Assembly: GCA_963663475.2 (NCBI GenBank)
Contig: CAXXJV010000001.1
Location: 896,001-960,000 of the forward strand
Direction: 5' to 3'
Source: Candidatus Cloacimonadales bacterium
Lineage (GTDB): Bacteria; Cloacimonadota; Cloacimonadia; Cloacimonadales; JAFGVF01
DNA: 64,000 nt
Under the pieces are notes generated by a model. The model made no database searches, was not told where the DNA came from, and saw nothing but the letters and a program-made list of their open reading frames with translations. Positions within the stretch are counted from its first letter, which is position 1; the number at the start of each line of letters is the position of its first letter. This document shows, piece by piece, positions 59,923 through 64,000 of the stretch. The position numbers and the translations under genes are program-made.

Positions 59923-61131
59923 ATGTCTTATAATTTCGCAAGTATCGAAGAGGCTGTTGAAGATATTAAACAAGGTAAAATGATTATTGTTGTTGATGAT
60001 GAGGATAGAGAAAATGAGGGAGATATTATCTGTGCTGCAGAAAAGATTACCCCTCAAATGATAAACTTTATGATAAGTCATGCTAAGGGATTAGTATGTA
60101 CTCCTATGACTACTCAAGCTCTCCAGAGATTAGAAATTCCTCTCATGACCGAAGATATTACTGAAAAACAAGGGACTAAATTTACTATTTCTGTAGATGG
60201 TGCCCATAATACAACAACTGGTATTTCTGCCCAAGATAGAGCTAACACTATTCTCTCTCTAGTTGATCCTAAATCAAAAGCTGATGATTTTGTAAAACCA
60301 GGACATATATTCCCTTTAAGAGCTGAAGAGGGTGGAGTTCTAGTGAGAGCAGGTCATACTGAAGCTGCTGTTGATTTAGCAAAACTAGCCAATCTCCAAC
60401 CTATGGGGGTTATTTGTGAAATTATTAATCCAGATGGAACTATGGCTAGATTAAAAGATTTAGATGGCTATTCTCAAAAACATGGTCTAAAAATAATTAC
60501 TATTGCCGATTTAATAAAGTATAGAAAGGCAAATGAAGAGTTAGTTGAACTAATTTCTCAAGCTAATCTTCCAACTCATTTTGGCGATTTTACTATCTAC
60601 ATCTTTAGAAGTACAATCTCCAAAGAAGAACATCTTGCCATAGTTAAAGGTGATATTGGAGATGGAAAAGATATTATTGTAAGAGTCCACTCCGAATGCC
60701 TAACTGGCGATGCTCTCTTCTCTGCTAGATGTGATTGTGGCCAACAACTAGAATACGCTTACCAGAAAATTGCCCAAGAAGGAAGAGGTGTTATCCTCTA
60801 TATGAAACAAGAAGGTAGAGGAATTGGTATTGCTAATAAAATTAAAGCCTATCACTTACAAGACCATGGAAGAGATACTGTGGAAGCTAATTTAGAATTA
60901 GGCTTTGCAGAAGACTTACGAGATTATGGTATTGGAGCTCAAATGCTGGCCTATCTTGGTGTGAAAGAGATGAGACTCTTAACTAATAATCCTAAGAAAG
61001 TCGTTGGACTTGAAGGTTATGGCTTAAAGATTATTGAAAGACTTCCTATCGAAATAGAAGCAATTAAAGAAAACCACTTCTACCTAAAAACTAAAAAAGA
61101 GAAGATGGGGCATCTTTTAAATAAAGTTTAG
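59923..61131 (+). CDS. ribBA: bifunctional DHBP synthase / GTP cyclohydrolase II
   Basis: [44 protein letters not shown]. Confidence 0.97.
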   Translation: MSYNFASIEEAVEDIKQGKMIIVVDDEDRENEGDIICAAEKITPQMINFMISHAKGLVCTPMTTQALQRLEIPLMTEDITEKQGTKFTISVDGAHNTTTGISAQDRANTILSLVDPKSKADDFVKPGHIFPLRAEEGGVLVRAGHTEAAVDLAKLANLQPMGVICEIINPDGTMARLKDLDGYSQKHGLKIITIADLIKYRKANEELVELISQANLPTHFGDFTIYIFRSTISKEEHLAIVKGDIGDGKDIIVRVHSECLTGDALFSARCDCGQQLEYAYQKIAQEGRGVILYMKQEGRGIGIANKIKAYHLQDHGRDTVEANLELGFAEDLRDYGIGAQMLAYLGVKEMRLLTNNPKKVVGLEGYGLKIIERLPIEIEAIKENHFYLKTKKEKMGHLLNKV

Positions 61132-61186
61132 ACAATGCTATTTTCTAAACTTATGAATAAGGCTAAAGCTTAACTCAGAAAGTGAA

Positions 61187-61255
61187 TCCCCTTTCAGCTC
61201 GTAAGAGCGGTATGAGAGGGGTGCCGTAAGGCGGGGAGAGTAGACATTCCCCTTT
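61187..61255. repeat. isolated copy of the 60-bp GC-rich repeat unit
   Basis: TCCCCTTTCAGCTCGTAAGAGCGGTATGAGAGGGGTGCCGTAAGGCGGGGAGAGTA. Confidence 0.85.
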
Positions 61256-61261
61256 GATTCT

Positions 61262-61310
61262 TTACACGAATTAACACGAATTAACACGAATTAGAACGAA
61301 TTTCACGAAT
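61262..61310. repeat. ~10-bp tandem repeat (TTAACACGAA-like) x5
   Basis: TTACACGAA TTAACACGAA TTAACACGAA TTAGAACGAA TTTCACGAA. Confidence 0.8.
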
Positions 61311-61488
61311 AAGAAAAGCTCTTTAACACGGAGTTCATAGAGGTAAAGAGGAGTTTCACAGAGTTTTTTTTTTTGCATAAATCTACCTTGCTAAAAGCCT
61401 GCCCATCTTTGGGTCGCGGGATTCTAGCCCGCGGTTATGCAGATTACAAGTGGTTACGGGAATGGGTCGCGGGATTGTTGTCTCTTAA

Positions 61489-61667
61489 TTCCCCTTTCAG
61501 CTCGTAAGAGCGGTATGAGAGGGGTGCCGTAAGGCGGGGAGAGTAACATTCCCCTTTCAGCTCGTAAGAGCGGTATGAGAGGGGTGCCGTAAGGCGGGGA
61601 GAGTAACATTCCCCTTTCAGCTCGTAAGAGCGGTATGAGAGGGGTGCCGTAAGGCGGGGAGAGTAAA
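61489..61667. repeat. three tandem 60-bp GC-rich REP-like units
   Basis: Identical units at 61489, 61549, 61609. Confidence 0.9.
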
Positions 61668-61882
61668 CATTCTCCTTGCATGAACTAAGACGAATTTCAC
61701 AAATTACTTTTGCAAAAAGCATAAAAAGATAAGAACAGATAATTGAGAAATGACTTTAGTTTTAAAATAAAAAAAAACTCTGTGAAACTCTGTGGTGACC
61801 TCTGTGAACTCTGTGTTAAGGATAATTACTAAGGAGTTGAGATTCTCACCTGCAAAAATTAACTATGTAGCTAAAATAATTA

Positions 61883-61911
61883 TTGACACTAGCATGTCCC
61901 TAGCTTATTAT
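61883..61911 (+). promoter_or_regulatory. sigma70-type promoter
   Basis: TTGACA-17 bp-TATTAT. Confidence 0.55.
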
Positions 61912-61938
61912 TTGTTTATATGATAATAAGGAGAATAT

Positions 61939-64000
61939 ATGAATAAGTATCTTGTTCTATTAGTAATATTACTAGTTTTCTTATTGAATTTGACAGCTGA
62001 AAGAATTGTTATGAGTTCTTCTGCTAATGGTGTTAAAGTAATTTCATCAAATAGTAATTCTAGTATCTTGCAAGCTGAAATAGCTTCATTTACGAAGGAA
62101 GAGCTTTTAATCAATGGCAAGATCTATTATCATATTTCACTGGAAAATGAAGGTGAAACTTATGAAAAAGGAGCTCCCCAAGTTCCCCAAGTTTCCTCTA
62201 GTATTATTATAGACAATCATTCTCAGGTAGTTTTAAAGATTACTAAATCACGTTATGAAGAATTTCACATTGACTTAGCACCCTCTAAGGGCATTATCAC
62301 AAGAGACCAAGACCCTCTCAAAGTCCCTTATGAATTTGGCGATATTTATGCTCAAAACTCTTTTTACCCAAGTCAACTAGCGTCCCTTTCAGAAGCCTAT
62401 ATTTTAAGGAATTATCGAGGAGTTACTCTTACCTTTAGTCCATTTCAGTATAATCCCAAGACTAGGTTACTGAGAGTTTATACTCTTATACAGGTAGAAG
62501 TTAGTAAGACTAATCAGCTTGGTAGCAATAGATTAGTTTCTCCTGCTAAGAATGTTAAATCTTTTGAAATGCTCTCTAGAAATCATTTTTTAAATTATCA
62601 GCATCTCCGTTATGACCCATTAGATGATTTTGGTTCAATCTTAGTAATTGCCCCAGAAAACTATTTTGCAAGTATGCAGATCTATGCCAACTGGAAGATT
62701 CAGAAGGGTATTCCTACAGAAATTGTTGATGTTGCAAGCATAGGAAATACTGGCAATGCAATCAAGGCCTATATTCAGAATTACTATAATACGCATCCAG
62801 ATTTAGCATTTGTTCAGATAGCTGGAGATGCCAGTCAGGTAGCCACATTAACGTCTGGGGGAGGAGGTGCAGATCCTAAGTATGCTTTAGTAGCTGGTAA
62901 TGATAACTATCCAGATATCTTTATTTCTAGGTTTTCGGCAGAAACAAACAGTCAATTACTCACTCAAATAGAAAGAAGTATTCATTATGAACGAGATTTA
63001 AATTCCTCTGCAACATATTTATCTAAAGCTTTAGGTATTGCTTCAGATCAGGGGGGAGTAAGTCAGGGAGATAATGGGGAATCAGATATTTCCCATATGA
63101 ATATTATAAGAAACAAGTTGCTTAACTACAACTATAATCAAGTTGATCAGGTATATGATCCCAATGCGAATAGTCAGTTAGTTGCCACTTCTCTCAACGA
63201 AGGGAGAGGACTTGTTAATTATATAGGTCATGGCTCGACATATTCTTGGGCTACTAGTAGTTTTTCTAATTCCAATATTAACGCTTTGACCAATGTAGAT
63301 AAACTTCCCTTTATTGTTTCTGTTGCCTGTCTTAATGGCAATTTCGTGAACAATACTTGTTTTGCTGAAGCTTGGATGAGAGCAAATCACAATGAACAAG
63401 CAAGTGGAGCTATAGCAGTATACGCTTCAAGCATTAACCAGTCTTGGGATTCTCCCATGAGAGGACAAGATGAAATAAATGACCTCTTAGTTAATGAAAG
63501 TTTATCCTCTATTGGTGGTTTGTTTTACAGCGGTGCATGTGCCATGATGGATTCTTATGGATTAGATGGACAAAATATGTATAATACCTGGCATATTTTT
63601 GGTGATGGATCACTACAAGTAAGAAGTGATACTCCCCAAAGCATGCAGGTTGCTCATGCAGGGATTATTAGAGGAAATCAAACTGTTTATGATATTGCTA
63701 CTGATACTTCTGATGCTCTAGTAGCCTTGACTTATAATAACAGAATTATTGCTAGTGGTTATACTGACTTAGAGGGGAATATATCTTTAAACTTAGGAGA
63801 TTTGCCTGCTAGTCCACGAGAGTTAAATCTTACTATAACCGCATTTAACAGAATTAGTAAGATTGAGAGGGTAAGTTTATTGGAAAACTATCCTAACTGG
63901 CAAGCTGTCATATATCCTAATAATTCAGCAACTATCTATGCAGAAGTAAGAAATATAGGAGAAGAGGTTACAGAAGAGGATATAATATCAGTCTGGGTAA
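61939..64000 (+). CDS. C25 family (gingipain-like) cysteine peptidase with propeptide, 3'-truncated (not in ORF track)
   Basis: ATG 61939 after AAGGAG; signal MNKYLVLLVILLVFLL; in-frame VNYIGHGS (His) at ~63214-63237 and VSVACLNG (Cys) at ~63316-63339; still in frame at window end. Confidence 0.9.
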   Translation, partial: MNKYLVLLVILLVFLLNLTAERIVMSSSANGVKVISSNSNSSILQAEIASFTKEELLINGKIYYHISLENEGETYEKGAPQVPQVSSSIIIDNHSQVVLKITKSRYEEFHIDLAPSKGIITRDQDPLKVPYEFGDIYAQNSFYPSQLASLSEAYILRNYRGVTLTFSPFQYNPKTRLLRVYTLIQVEVSKTNQLGSNRLVSPAKNVKSFEMLSRNHFLNYQHLRYDPLDDFGSILVIAPENYFASMQIYANWKIQKGIPTEIVDVASIGNTGNAIKAYIQNYYNTHPDLAFVQIAGDASQVATLTSGGGGADPKYALVAGNDNYPDIFISRFSAETNSQLLTQIERSIHYERDLNSSATYLSKALGIASDQGGVSQGDNGESDISHMNIIRNKLLNYNYNQVDQVYDPNANSQLVATSLNEGRGLVNYIGHGSTYSWATSSFSNSNINALTNVDKLPFIVSVACLNGNFVNNTCFAEAWMRANHNEQASGAIAVYASSINQSWDSPMRGQDEINDLLVNESLSSIGGLFYSGACAMMDSYGLDGQNMYNTWHIFGDGSLQVRSDTPQSMQVAHAGIIRGNQTVYDIATDTSDALVALTYNNRIIASGYTDLEGNISLNLGDLPASPRELNLTITAFNRISKIERVSLLENYPNWQAVIYPNNSATIYAEVRNIGEEVTEEDIISVWV

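Noticed and set aside
61444-61722. Repetitive ORFs (92 aa and 75 aa) and a possible CRISPR
   Set aside because: Translations of the 60-bp DNA repeat; units are identical with no unique spacers

Overview
AT-rich bacterial chromosome segment in the standard genetic code. Gene content (gingipain-like C25 protease, type 2 IleRS, ftcD, trmD next to a Tm1570-like SPOUT gene) is compatible with Cloacimonadota or an FCB-group anaerobe, but this is inference. (1) 1-16 kb: a visibly more AT-rich minus-strand operon, cut by the left edge. It encodes a signal peptide-vWA-TM-Hsp70/actin-fold fusion, a coiled-coil protein, a TM/coiled-coil protein with a GrpE-like tail, a 1197-aa FHA-class B PBP, a hypothetical protein, a 971-aa FHA-SEDS (FtsW/RodA-like) protein and a second Hsp70-fold ATPase missing from the ORF track. 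This is the best candidate for an undescribed system. (2) 16.7-24 kb: rimI, nadB, tmk, S41 protease, response regulator, ECF sigma/anti-sigma/Spy-like triad. (3) 25-39.6 kb: S10-spc-alpha ribosomal cluster with a long structured leader, no tuf upstream, and adk displaced. (4) 40-64 kb: ileS (GIHH variant), a glycine-zipper lipoprotein plus small membrane protein, rpmE-prfA, ftcD, rpsP-trmD-rplS, acpS, adk-trk-rluD-ribBA and a truncated C25 peptidase. Intergenic regions hold a ~170-bp TTAA-bounded palindromic MITE-like family, two perfect 79-bp palindromes, REP-like arrays and two promoter-plus-terminator sRNA candidates. No rRNA, tRNA, CRISPR array or transposase was recognised.
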